A stretch of DNA of 64,000 bases, taken from assembly GCF_000002075.1 (NCBI RefSeq), contig NW_004797280.1, forward strand, positions 2,590,147-2,654,146, written 5' to 3'. Of this stretch, positions 37,601 through 50,200 are shown in pieces; position 1 is the first letter of the stretch; every line of letters starts with the position of its first letter. The notes below the pieces were generated by a model. It ran no database searches. It was given only the letters and a program-made list of their open reading frames with translations, and had not been told where the DNA came from. Made by a program: the position numbers and the translations under genes. Origin of the DNA: Aplysia californica. Its lineage: Eukaryota.

Positions 37601-40600
37601 GTAGGGCAAATTCAAAAGGTTTTTTTTTTTCTTTTGAAAAATGGAAAATGGGTGGGGAGGGGGGAGGGGTGTAAGTAGGGTTTTTTGTTGTTGCTGTTTT
37701 GAGGGTTTGTTTTTTGGTAAGCCTTTTTTTTGTTGCTAATTTTGTGCAAGGGTAAAACAAATGAAATGTGTAAGACGATGAAGACAGAGGGCCGTGGTAA
37801 AGCAAACACTGGGTCACCACCACTCGGAGAACAAGCGACGCTTCTGTTGCAAGTTCATGTCAACGTCCATTGTCACTTTGTTCGACATTAGGTAAACATA
37901 ACAGTCACTAGTCACCTCACATGCGATTTGTGCATGAGTTGTGGGCAGAGCTTATAGGTTACTACGGATCACATGCTTCCCTCACCAGCAGTTGAAAATT
38001 TATTTTTGCCCATTGGTCAACTTGGAAAAACATTCATTGGAGTGATTAACAATAATGACAGGTGAATGGATTATGACGCCCGTCCAAAGCATTAAGGACC
38101 AATTAAAAATTTATGACAAAGCATCGGGCAATGAGTGACCACACCTGGCCGTCTGATGCAGGTAAATTTGACCGTGGGTTGATAAAATAATAGGGCGCGA
38201 TAGTGGCCGCGTTGGACAGGTGCTCGTTTTACATAGTTAAATTATATATAGAAAAAACGCAAGGGGGCAAATGGAAAGTGTCCATCCGTCATGGCAGGTT
38301 CGACTGTATAGCCATGACTCAGATTTCCATGTTGACAGGGAATCTGCATAGACTTTTTCATTGTCATTTGAATTAATTAACAAAAGTATAATTACCAAAG
38401 AAGAAGTATTTACTTTGAATAAGGCATTAAATGTTATGCAGTGATAATTCAAAGTATAGCAGTACAGTACAAGCAAGTGCATCCAGACAACTGGTGCCAA
38501 AAGTGCATGTTATTTTTTCATAAAAGATTTGAGTATCCATCATGATTTTTTTTCTCCACAGTTTGGAACCAATTCCATACAGATGCTGAAGCCCAAAAGA
38601 TTTTTCATGGTGAAAATAGATGTATTCACACGTGATAGTACACTAACCTGGAAAGAAAAGCGACTAGTTCTTCAGTCTTAAACACAAGCTGATTTGTACT
38701 ACTGTCCTGCTTCGTAACACCATTGACACGGGTCCATACTTTTAAATTGTGCGGATCTGAGAATAACAGAAAGAACATTTTGTAAATATCTGCTCTACAT
38801 TGCGTAGATCTTGCATCAAAACACTTGCAATAGACAGACAAAGTGACACCGTTATTCAAACTTCTAAACAAAAGTTTGACGTAAGGAGAAAAGCGCATGT
38901 GAGTAGAGAAAAGAAAACCAGTCCCAGGTTAAAACTTGTCTCAGTCCCCATGATGTTCAATGTTGTACATTTAAAAAGGACAAAACTTCACTGCTTTTTT
39001 TAAACAAATACTTTTAATTAAACCGTAGCCCTTTATAATACCTATAAGGACCAAAAAAAATGCATCCAGAAGCAGTCCCAAAACAGTGGCAAACATGCCT
39101 TTGGTCACTGGAAGCAATTTTACATTGATTCAACAGTATCTGTCATGTGTTGAAAGTGCCAAAACTTGTATGTGAACTGAATTATTTTCATTAATGAACT
39201 TACTATGGCTCTTTCAGCTTCATATGCTGATAGGTGTAATATTCCAAAAAGTAGGCCTAGTTACAATAAACATTATTGGTGAAAAAAAACACAAACCGTT
39301 CAAATCTTCCTTCATGACAATTGCAGGGCCTAGTGGACAGAAGCCATCCATGCTTTTCCCAATCAGAAACTGACCTCCGTTTCGGTGCATTTGCCAATCT
39401 CTGGCACTAACATCATGAGCTGCAGTATACCCAAAAACATACTGCATAGCTTCCTCTTTCTGAAAAGAAAACCCCCAAATAAAAAAGAGACATATTACCT
39501 GTGTTTGAAATATAAAGCGGCTTTGTTAATAAAACTATGTATGCTCATACAGTGCAAGAGAGCCTAAAGAGTTGTTAATTTAATAAGGTTTTACTGCTCT
39601 CGCAACTCAGCCTTTAGGAGTGGGACATGGGAAGGGGAGGGGGTTGGATTAAAGGGGGGGGGGGAGGTGCAAAGTAAGTGAAGAACGCTCAGCTGAAATA
39701 AAGTAGTACACCAAGGTGCTGGTGATAGGGCCATAGTTTGAGGCAAGGAGTTCTACTTCTAGCAAGAGTAAAAATAGCAAAAGACATCACTAAATTACAA
39801 ATAAATGATGAATGATTGTCATTAACATAGTATCATCTCTAGAGTGAACTTGAAAAGCCTGATTGCAAAAGAATGTTCCCACAAAGCAATGGCTTAAATA
39901 AATAGCAAGCATATGAAAGAAAATGGTACATGACAATACATTAAGGTGGCAATTCTCTATGGTAAGTTCCTATTCCATAGTTTATGCTGTTCCAGAAGTA
40001 GGGCCAAGAATTATGGTCAAAGAGAGATGGCAAGGCAAAATAAAGACAAAATTTACAGAAAGAACATGGCCCCAACACAAAGTATGATGCCTAAGCATCT
40101 CTCGAAACAAATGAACAAGTAAAATCAACAAAGAATAATAATGGTTAAAATAAATAAATATAGACATATTTATTCATTGTGCAAGGTCACTAAAGTTCGG
40201 CTTTGCGTCTCAGGCTTTTAGCTCAAGACAAAAGACAAAAATCGATTCACTTCAGTCCACTCCTTCACCTTTTTTTCTACATCAATCAGAAGCACCTAAA
40301 ATACCTGTCTGTACCACGCAGATGGCCCTGCTGTCAACCAGAAAAGATGATGCCTAATTACTCAAAGGAATGAAAATCATGCATTACTTCTCAGTTCATT
40401 TGGAAAAGCAAGCCAGCATGATGATGATGATAAGTTAAAGGAGTATGAGGCTGCTTTCAATACAAGCAAAACCACAAGAATTAAAAATAAAATCAGAAAT
40501 TTAACAACCACAAAATACTTTCCAACTTTAAATCTCTATTGACAATGAAAAGCTTACCGAAATGTTCTTCCCTTCTTTTCCAATCACAATAGCCAGTTCA

Positions 40601-41101
40601 ACTTCCCAATCAAGTTCCTTCACGAGTGAGAAAAGAAAATGAAAAAAAAAAGATTTACAATTGTACATTTTCCCCCCCGACAAATAAGAACTCCCCTTAC
40701 ATCACGCTTTCCAGTTCAAATTGACATGGGAACATGAACACAAAGGCAGTAGCCCTACATTCAATCATAGGGTAGCCTCTTCACTGCACCATAACAAGTA
40801 GAGTATGCTTGTTTAACCTAAATGCACATTCTGCATGCCAATTCCATTTTACGCAAAAAAACAAACAAACATCCCAACTTCCATTTATATAATTATGATC
40901 TGGCATAAAGTGTGACAAAGTAGTGTTGAAGGGCAAAAGCTAAAAAGACAGCCAGATAGTAAACAAAAACAACCCCCCCCCCCAAAAAAAAAGCAGTAGG
41001 CTATTGCACTACCGAAACACATCAGTAAAGCAGTAAAGATTCATCTTGTATTGTAAATCAGCCAACTGCTACTCTAGAGGTTCAAACTCCAAGGGAAACA
41101 T

Positions 41102-41162
<61 letters not shown>

Positions 41163-43528
41163 CTAGCTGGGCCCCCTTTCGATGAAAGGAATGATCGGTG
41201 CTTTAATATCAACTAAAAGTCATTAACCTACTATATTTACACTCTACTGGAATGGGGCAATAAATCTTGAGAGATGCAAAAAAATAGAAAGTCTAGATCT
41301 ATACTCTCAAAACAAAAATGCGCCTCGCGAAATATCACTTCCAGGTTTTCTAAAATTACAGAGACAGAAGCGTCGGCCTACAAAAACGATCAGCAAAATA
41401 AAGAAATTTAGCTTTTTGCCGCAAAACTGTCTCAAAACTGAAAAAACGAAGGGCGTCATGATCTGGAGAATATTTTAAAGAATCTTTCATCAAAAACCGC
41501 ATGTCGACCGATGCAGCCATTAAAAAGCCATTTGAATAGCAAAATTCGGCCACCACAAATAGATAATAGATGAAAAATCTAAGCATTTAGCACATATTCA
41601 AAAATGATACAAAAGAGAATCATTTAGCTTGAGTACCAGGTAATGAGAAGTCAACGTAACAATTGTCTTACAAAAAAAGCAAGAATGATAGACAACAACA
41701 AAGGGAGAGAAAGGAAGTAGGTTCTCCGCAACCATCTGCAAAATAGAATTAAACCGCAAAGTTGATTTTTATAAAACAGTTCAGAATCAAGATGTTTAAC
41801 ATTTATAACTTTCCTTTGATGAATTCAGTTTTATAAATCAGTTTCAAATAAGCTGAAGTGACGCAGAATAAGTGTGCGTAACCTTCCCTCAGATGATTTA
41901 TATTTGAAATCTGTTATACTTTGCTTCTCTTACATTTTAACTACTGATGGCATTAAATTCGAAACCTGAACTGTAAACTTCAGATCAGTACCATCTTTCA
42001 GAACTGGTACAGGGAAAAAGAGATAAATTATCTTCAAAATCAAATTTGAATCATTTCATGTGCAGGAATCAAAAAGTGCAAAGTCAGCTTAATCACAACT
42101 CGAAGTATGGTACATGACATACACAGAGGGTACAGTATCATCATTAATTTGACTTTAAAAAATTAATAAATCATGAATAATTATAAATCATATATATACA
42201 TGTAATAAATCATTAACTTGGGAAAAAAACAACCCAAAGAACCCAAACCAATATAATACCTTTGTCTCATCAGGATAAGGAACATCATCAGTTGGGCCAG
42301 TGATAGAACTGTTGAATTTGCTGAATACAATAGGTTCAGTTGGTACTGGTAGATTCTGCTCCGCACAGTGATCAACATAGTTCATTCCAATGCATAGCAG
42401 TTTATCAGGGTTGAGGATTGGGGCAAGCAGCTTCACCTGACTTCTCTGTAAGACATTTTCACCACTCTCAACAGCCCTGGGGAGATATTGAGAAAAATTC
42501 AGTCTTTTCCACCACAGAACTGCATAAGCTAGGAAATAAATACATGTAAGTCATTTTAAGAATTAAGACCCATTATTTATTTATATGATGGCTATTGATC
42601 CGTTTATATAAACACAGTCATATATATACAGTCTTATCTGTAAGACGGGACTCTGAATTGAGTCCAGCATGACATCCGTTCGGACTTCCGACCCTTGTTC
42701 CTAAACTAAGTACTTCCAGCATTTATGAAAATTTTTTCGATTATAGGCAACAGAACAACCAAGTTGATGTTCGTTGACGCACCTTGCCTGGGTCAAAGTT
42801 AATTATGTTGACCAATGAGACTGCGCCTAGCTATCACGCACTCTCGGCTTGCTGAGGGAAGAGGTGTTGGGAGGAGGTCACGGCTGTTCACTTTGTACGA
42901 ATGTGATTTAAAAAATAATTAATTACAGGAGAAAAACTATAACTCACAACAAAATGAAATTAAATATGTGGAAAGACAAGGTGGTGGAAGTAATGATGAT
43001 GCTGAAGTGGTGGTGTAAAGTCCCGTCAGATTAAATAAAACATTTTTTCCGGACCCGACCGAACAGATAAACCCACTCGGACCCGGCAAATAGATAAATA
43101 ATCTTAATTAGACTCGAGTCTGAATAGAGCTGGTCAGGATAAAAGTCTGTCATGGGCTTGGATTATAGAAGGAAACATTGTATAAATTCATGCATGATAT
43201 AATCTATTTTTATTTATAATGTTGTAAGTTCTTGTACTTGTAAAGTAACTGCAAGCCTACTGCCACACTTTACTTACTTGGCGGCTTTCTGAATAAGTGT
43301 TTGCCCTCCTCCAATAAATTCTCTCATGTTGGAAGGTATTGAGGAATCATTGCCGGAGAGATCCACGATGTTCCCACCGTCAGAAAGTTCCACTCCAAGC
43401 CCATTACGGCCGTTGAAATCAAACTGTACAAATCGCATTGTGCTGAGACACCGGAGCCGGAGCAACTTGGAAGCAACACTTGTAACTGGTACTTTGCGTG
43501 ACACAGCCTTACTACACAGCGAGAACAT
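34648..43528 (-). CDS. FAHD2: Fumarylacetoacetate hydrolase domain-containing protein 2, 316 aa, 7 coding exons, with predicted mitochondrial presequence
   Basis: Exons (minus) 43528-43278, 42476-42260, 40617-40558, 39459-39297, 38756-38648, 37234-37147, 34710-34648. GT-AG introns; 951 nt in frame. FAH-fold motifs [103 protein letters not shown]. Confidence 0.96.
35726..36467. mobile_element. TA-flanked MITE family 4
   Basis: TA+CAGTCCATGCCAGCTTTAAGCA ... TGCTTAAAGCCGGCACGGACTG+TA, with GCGTGCTTGAG subterminal repeats. Confidence 0.85.
37448..38306. mobile_element. TA-flanked MITE family 5
   Basis: TA+CAGTCAAACCTG ... CAGGTTCGACTG+TA. Left ~500 bp paralogous to 45236-45740. Short relative at ~18414-18597. 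Confidence 0.75.
41103..41162. repeat. (CA)n(TA)n compound microsatellite
   Basis: Directly visible; abuts the Helitron-like end. Confidence 0.95.
41163..41900 (-). mobile_element. Probable non-autonomous Helitron (3' end clear, 5' end approximate)
   Basis: Minus strand ends with hairpin CCTTTC-ATC-GAAAGG (41189-41175), 8 nt, then CTAG followed by T, which is the canonical Helitron 3' terminus. CpG-richer than its flanks. Confidence 0.5.
42632..43135. mobile_element. Short decayed copy of MULE-like family B in FAHD2 intron 1
   Basis: Left part matches 9428-9478 (GGACTCTG..CCAGCATGACATC..GACTTCCGAC). Right part matches 10808-11357, ending GACTCGAGTCTGAATAGAGCTGGTC. Confidence 0.6.
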
Positions 43529-43988
43529 GTAGCCTTCACTGTCAACTGCTGACCGTCAGAGATACGGTGAAGTAGGACACGGGCAGTCGGGGGGTGATTT
43601 GGTTACACTTTCTGAGGGCCACTTACGATAACAAAATCTGAGATAAGCTGGCCTGTGGGTCTGTGAGAGATGGTGTATGTGTACGTCTTTTCACCTCTAA
43701 CCTTTGAACTTTAGCCGCTGACCTTTGGCTGGGCTTTGCCCAAGGACCTTAGAAGTTAGTGGAATAGATTATGAATATTAAAATAATAAGCGTTTACATT
43801 TTTAGAGCTTTTTTGTTTTTTCATGTCAAGTTGCCATAAGTTTTAAATAATCATTTATATATTTTTAGTCTTAATTTGCCTATTAGAGATTTTAGTTTGA
43901 CGACTGAACGACACAACAATAAATTTCTAGTTTTGTTCGTATCCTTAGGTTTGTCTTTTTAACTCCTTAGTTTCAGGAAAGCGTCAAA
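43529..43988. promoter_or_regulatory. Bidirectional promoter region between FAHD2 and LRRC46
   Basis: Divergent start codons at 43528 (-) and 43989 (+), with only 460 bp between them. Confidence 0.75.
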
Positions 43989-44158
43989 ATGGCTACAAAC
44001 GAAGAGAATGAGTGGGGAATCGATACATCAACAGCAGATAGAATTGCAGATAATTTACAACTTGAAAAAAGTAAGTACTGAGGTACAAGTCATGCTTTTC
44101 ATGTTAACTTTCTTGAAGACGGAGGGACTGATTACCCACCTTTTAAAGACCACCTCCG

Positions 44159-44227
<69 letters not shown>

Positions 44228-47200
44228 TCAGAGGGGGGGGGGCTGCTAAATTAACTACCAATCCTAATACAGAACCTGTTCTACGAACCAGTACAAGGCA
44301 GTCACATGTACAAAGGGCCACTTCTCACCTCCCCCTTGCATAAAAAACCCCATTGTACAGCGTCTTGACATGTAGCCTACGATACTACAGTTTAATCCAC
44401 TTTTATTGACAGCCGATATATCAACATTTTGACGTATCGACATATTTTCCAATTACAAAATTTTTCCTTCAATATCTTCACTAAACAATTCCTCTTATAT
44501 AGACTTTTTTTTGGGCCCACTCTGCTTTATCGACATGCTTCCTGGGTACCTGGCAAAGCCCACGAACATAAATGGGAGAAAAAACCACACTAACGGTCAA
44601 AGCATTAGTTCTTCATTAAGTCCGCATGCCTGCCAAGTAGATCTAGCCTATTTGGCAGACTAGGTACTAAAATAATAGTAGGTCTTGTAGGGCCTACACG
44701 TGTAGTCTCCAACACAGTGCAGTACCTCACAGACGTGAGCGTCTCACATGCTGGGCACCCCCTCCCTACCCCCACTCCCGATCGCTCACTCCCTTTCCCC
44801 ATCCCATTCTCAGTCTGTCGCTGACAAGGGCCACGGTCAGCGAGTCAGTGCCTCGCCTTTCCATTTTCCCCAACAAGTGGCCTTAAACAGGCCTTACAAG
44901 GATGCTACAACAAAGTTTGCACTTGTGTTTAGTGTGCGCCTCGCGTTGCTCGGTCTTTGGTACCGTTACTCCAACCCCCCCCCCCCCCCNNNNNNNNNNN
45001 NNNNNNNNNNNNNNNNNNNNNNNNNNNNNNNNNNNNNNNNNNNNNNNNNNNNNNNNNNNNNNNNNNNNNNNNNNNNNNNNNNNNNNNNNTTCCCCCCCCC
45101 CCCCCCCCCCCTCCTCTGCCTCTTGTTAGTTTCACTGTGTAGTTGTGTAAGTATCAAGGGAAACAACCAGCTTAAAAAGGTAGTGTTGTCTTTTTACCGC
45201 TGACCTCCCCTTGTTTTTTCCTCTTTGGCTTTATACAGTCAAACCTGTGTAAGACGGCCACCCATTGTCAAGGAGAAAAGTGGCCGTATAAGACAGGTGG
45301 CCGTCTTAGGCAAGGCTAATCGAGATGAAGAAAATCAACCAATCCCATCATTCTGAGGTCCCAATCGAAAGTAGCCGCATTGTTGTTGATTTTGTTGTTG
45401 TTGTTGGTTTCTATTTTGTTTGTAATTTTTATTTTGTTGTTGATTTTGGGCAAGGGTGACAATATAACGATATGTATCAGTTGAGGAAGACCGAGTGCCA
45501 TGTTCAAACAAACACATAAGTCGCCACCACTCGGAGAACGAGCGACGCTTCTGTCACAAGTTCATATTGTTACTTTGTTACAGACTGGGTAAACAGTGAC
45601 CACTCACCTCACTTATGATTTGTGTATGAGTTCTGGGCAGGGCTTATGGGGTATGAGGGATCACACTACCTCACCAGCAGCTGAAAATTGGTACCTATTG
45701 GTCAACAGTGGGAGGGTGTTGCACTGGGGTTGTTTGCCATTATTGTATATAATAAAGCAAAAGTAAGAACTCCGTTTCTAAATGAAGAAGGGTAATTTAA
45801 TGATGAAAATAATATGAGGTCTGCCCTCTCTGGCTTCACTGACAAGACTAAATAAATCATAATGAGCATGAGTACATGTGATTGAAACAGGAAGGAGGAG
45901 TGAGTAAAGATCACTAAGATCAGACAATCTTTGTTGTGAGGGTAGATAAATAAAAGTACAATTACAGGGACATAATTCAACATGTTAATATAGGGACCAA
46001 CAATCCAGGATTTATTGTTTCCCTTCTGTATATTGATAAAAGCAATCTAATAGTCTAACACCCCCACTTAAATCCTGAGTTGTTAGGATTAAACAAATTC
46101 ATAATGTAGTAATACAAATATACTAACATGCACATTGATAACTGTACGATTCTTGGAACTTGTTAGGTCCGATTTAACAAACTCAAAAGTCATTTGACTA
46201 TTAAACCGTATAAATTAAGGATTATAACAAAAACTAGCATAATCTGACTGCTAAATACTACAACTACAAGGCAAAGTCTACAATTCAAGTTAATGGTTAC
46301 AGTTATAACTCTGCTTGTTGCATGCTGAATCTGATAAACATCATTGAAGTTTACAAGGCAACAATCGTAATGATATACAGTGAGTGATATGACAGTGATA
46401 GATATAATAGATAGAACAATGATAAATAGAACAATGATAGATGATAATCTAGACTTTGTCTAGAAGATATCAATGACAACATGTATAAAATCATATCTGA
46501 CTCTAGTCATCATAGACTCATTCATCATGTCATAGCATAAATAGTCTAAGCCTATATGGCATAGGTTCATATCTAGATCTAGAAACTAACAACCATATAT
46601 CCAACAATCATAGCAATGTTTTATAACAATCACATAGACTATATATATTAATGACAACACACAATGAGATAGCAATAATGGTACACCTAGATCTAGATAT
46701 ATCAATCATAGTCTTAGTTATCTTAATTAAGACATTTCACTCCATATTTTAATTCATTGTGTCATGGGTCTCTGATCCTCATTGGATGTCAATATTTAGT
46801 CGCCCATGAGCAGGGCTTTGAATTTCTGCACCTTAACCCGAGGTACAGGCTTTGTGAAAACATCTGCCAGATTGTCTTCAGAGGGTACATACTGCACTTT
46901 CATTAGACCTTTTGAGATTTCATCTCGGATAAAGTGGTAGCGTATGTCTATGTGTTTAGACCTCTGGTGCTGAACAGGATGTTTTGACAGAGCGATAGCT
47001 CCTTGATTATCACAATTCAGTGTGAAATTACTTAGATCTAGATTCATCATGTCATTAATCAAAGCAATAAGGAACTTTCCTTCTTGCGTAGCAGAAGACA
47101 TTGCCATGTATTCGGCTTCACAAGAAGATAGTGCGACACTTTGCTGTTTCTTTGACTTCCAAGAGATAAGTGGACCTTCATTTGAAAGTGTGAAACAGTA

Positions 47201-50200
47201 GCCTGTTATGCTTTTTCTGTCTCCAGAGTTTCCCCAATCTGAGTCACAAAAACCAGATAAGGTCAATTTGTCCACTGATTTCCTGAATGTCAATTTTTGA
47301 TCAGTTGTGGCCTTCAAGTATCTCAGTACATGTTTAGCAATAATCATGTGTGTTTCATTTGGCATTGACAAGTGTTGAGACAACTTGGTAACAATAAAAC
47401 ATAGGTCAGGTCTAGTGGCTGTCATGATATAAATGAGGCTACCCACTATTTCCCTGTATTTCTTTGACTTTGTCATTTCATTCTTCCCATCCTCTGTTTG
47501 GCTAAGCAGTTTGTTGACACTCATGTCACAGGCTGTTTGTTTTGGTTTACAGCTTTCCATGTTAAATTTCTGTAACAGTTTGTCTATGTATTGAGCTTGG
47601 CTCATTGAGATGGAGTCTTTCTCATGTTTGAATTCAATACCTAAGAACCATGAAATGGGACCTAGATCTTTCATGTGGAAATGCTTGTTAAGGCTATTCT
47701 TCATGTTTGTCATGGCTGCATCATTTTTGGTTACAAGCAAAATATCATCTACCCACACAAGGACAATACACATTTCATTTGTATTATCTGAATCTTTGAC
47801 ATAAACACATGTGTCAACTAATGATTGTGCAAAGCCATCAGCTATCAAGTGTTCGTGGAGAAGATTGTTCCAGTTTCTTCCACTCTGTTTCAAACCATAG
47901 AGAGATTTCTTTAATCTCCAGACAAGTTTTTCACCTTGTCCATTGGTTTTCACATAACCCTCAGGTTGTTCTACATACAGTTCGCAGTCAATTGGTGCAT
48001 TGAGATAAGCAGTTTTAACATCCATTTGATGGATCATTTGGTCATTTTGGACTGCACATTGAACTAGCGTCCGGACAGACGTAATGCGTGCCGTAGGAGA
48101 GAATGTTTCTTGAAAATCTATGTCTGGGATTTGAGAAAAGCCCTTTGCCACATATCTGGCTTTATAAGTTTCTTCCCCATTAGGGTTGGACTTTACATTG
48201 AACACCCATCTTCCCCCCACTGCTTCCCTGCCTGGAGGTATTGTTGTACACTCAAAGGTGTTAGATCTAGCCTATTTGGCAGACTAGGTACTAAAATAAT
48301 AGTAGGTCTTGTAGGGCCTACACGTGTAGTCTCCAACACAGTGCAGTACCTCANNNNNNNNNNNNNNNNNNNNNNNNNNNNNNNNNNNNNNNNNNNNNNN
48401 NNNNNNNNNNNNNNNNNNNNNNNNNNNNNNNNNNNNNNNNNNNNNNNNNNNNNTGTGTCAGCCCACAAGGAATCTAGGTTAGTAGCGCGCAGGTGGCCTG
48501 ATTATATGACCGTCTAGCTGCTAACCCTTTGCCCAACCAACCTTAGTCGCCTTCTACGACATGCACAGTACGGATACAGTGGTCCTATTCTTTGCTCCTC
48601 TATCTCTTGGACAGGGCCCCGAGAACCACACGGGTGACTGTAGATGTACGGGCATGTTATAATTCTTGGACAACCATTTCCTCGATAACTGAACAAAATT
48701 AAATGTCAATAAATTCTCCATGGACAATTTCGATTTCAATATATAATACAGTCAGCCATATAATGATAATATAATTGTTCTTGTATGATGGGATGTTTAA
48801 CCCAGTGTGAGTGCATTAAAGGCTTGCTTGACCCACAATGAAAATGTAACACATTACACATTTTTAGTACAAATCTCTAGGTTTTTAGATTATGTGTTTA
48901 TATATATATTCTTGAAAAGGAAGAGTTCTAGTTGAAATTTTGTCTCATTATTTAGGCTTACACATAAATTGTCATTTGGCTGTAGTTAGATTGTAAATAC
49001 AAGGCTTTCAGAGAACTGAGTCATTACCAAATTCCTCTACAGGGTAGGCAAAAAGTTTTACACATATTATAGTTATTTTCCCATTCCTCTTTCTCGCGAG
49101 TTCTCTCAGACTCTGTATTTGTTTTTGTTTTGTTTGTAGGATTTTCCCCTGATTTTGAAATATTTTTTCTTAATACTTGAAGTACAAATGTATAATTTCT
49201 TTGTTACATTATAAACATAACCAGAAAAAGTCTTTTTTATTATTCTTTTTTATTTTGAATGAATGTATATTTTTGGCCTCTCCCTGTTCTAAACATTCTT
49301 AATCAGCCTGAGTTCGTCAGAGATAGGTTGAAAAAACCCAGCCTATCCTTACTGAACAATCTAAACTGTGCAATGGAGTGTAAAACATTTGTGTTGTATT
49401 TTTAGATATCAAGCCTGCTCGCCTGTCACTCCATTTGATTGTAAGGAGAAATTTGTCGAGAGATTCAAATGAGATGCCCCAAGAACAAATGTAAGTGTGA
49501 AATAATGAACTTCAGCCAAAGCACTTCAATGGTCAGCTATAAAAATGCACTGAACTTAAAATGTTGACTTTATATAAAAGATTATAGTTTCTTAATCTAT
49601 GATATCAATTTTTCACTTTCAAGCATATGATTTAAAAATGTGTGCACAACACTTTGTTTAAAGATGTTTTGGTACACTTATTACCACAGACAAATAGCAC
49701 GCAGTGAATAGCAGAGCAATGCTTTTTAAACTGTGAGATATTTGTTCGGTTATTATCCTTTATCATTAACATTTCAAAATATCCTCTATTTGAAAAGGCT
49801 GTAAAATGATACATGTGCAGTACTGTAATCATTTTTCCGTGCCGAAAAGCAATTTCAATACACAATATTATGATTTTATCACTAATTATTACTGCACTGT
49901 GTGCTTACAATCTGTCAAGTATGAAGTAAGGTGATTTCTGTCAGATGTTAAATCCTTAAATTTGATCTTCGTGATTGAGGATTGATGTCCATTTTGTTAT
50001 GAAAACAGCTCCAGATTAGATGCTCTGCAGAGTCAATACCAAACTGGAGCCTTTAAAAAAAAAAATGTTTGTTAGCAACTTATATGTGGATTCTGTCTTT
50101 CTTTTTACTTTAATTTGCATCTTTGCTGTTGTCATCATTTTGCAAGAAAACTATTTCTCATTAGCACATTCCGCCTGAAGCTGAAAGTAGGGCAAGAATC

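Noticed and set aside
47660-47672. CTAGATCT in copia pol as a micro-insertion
   Set aside because: It encodes the conserved MKDLG motif, so it is native coding sequence.
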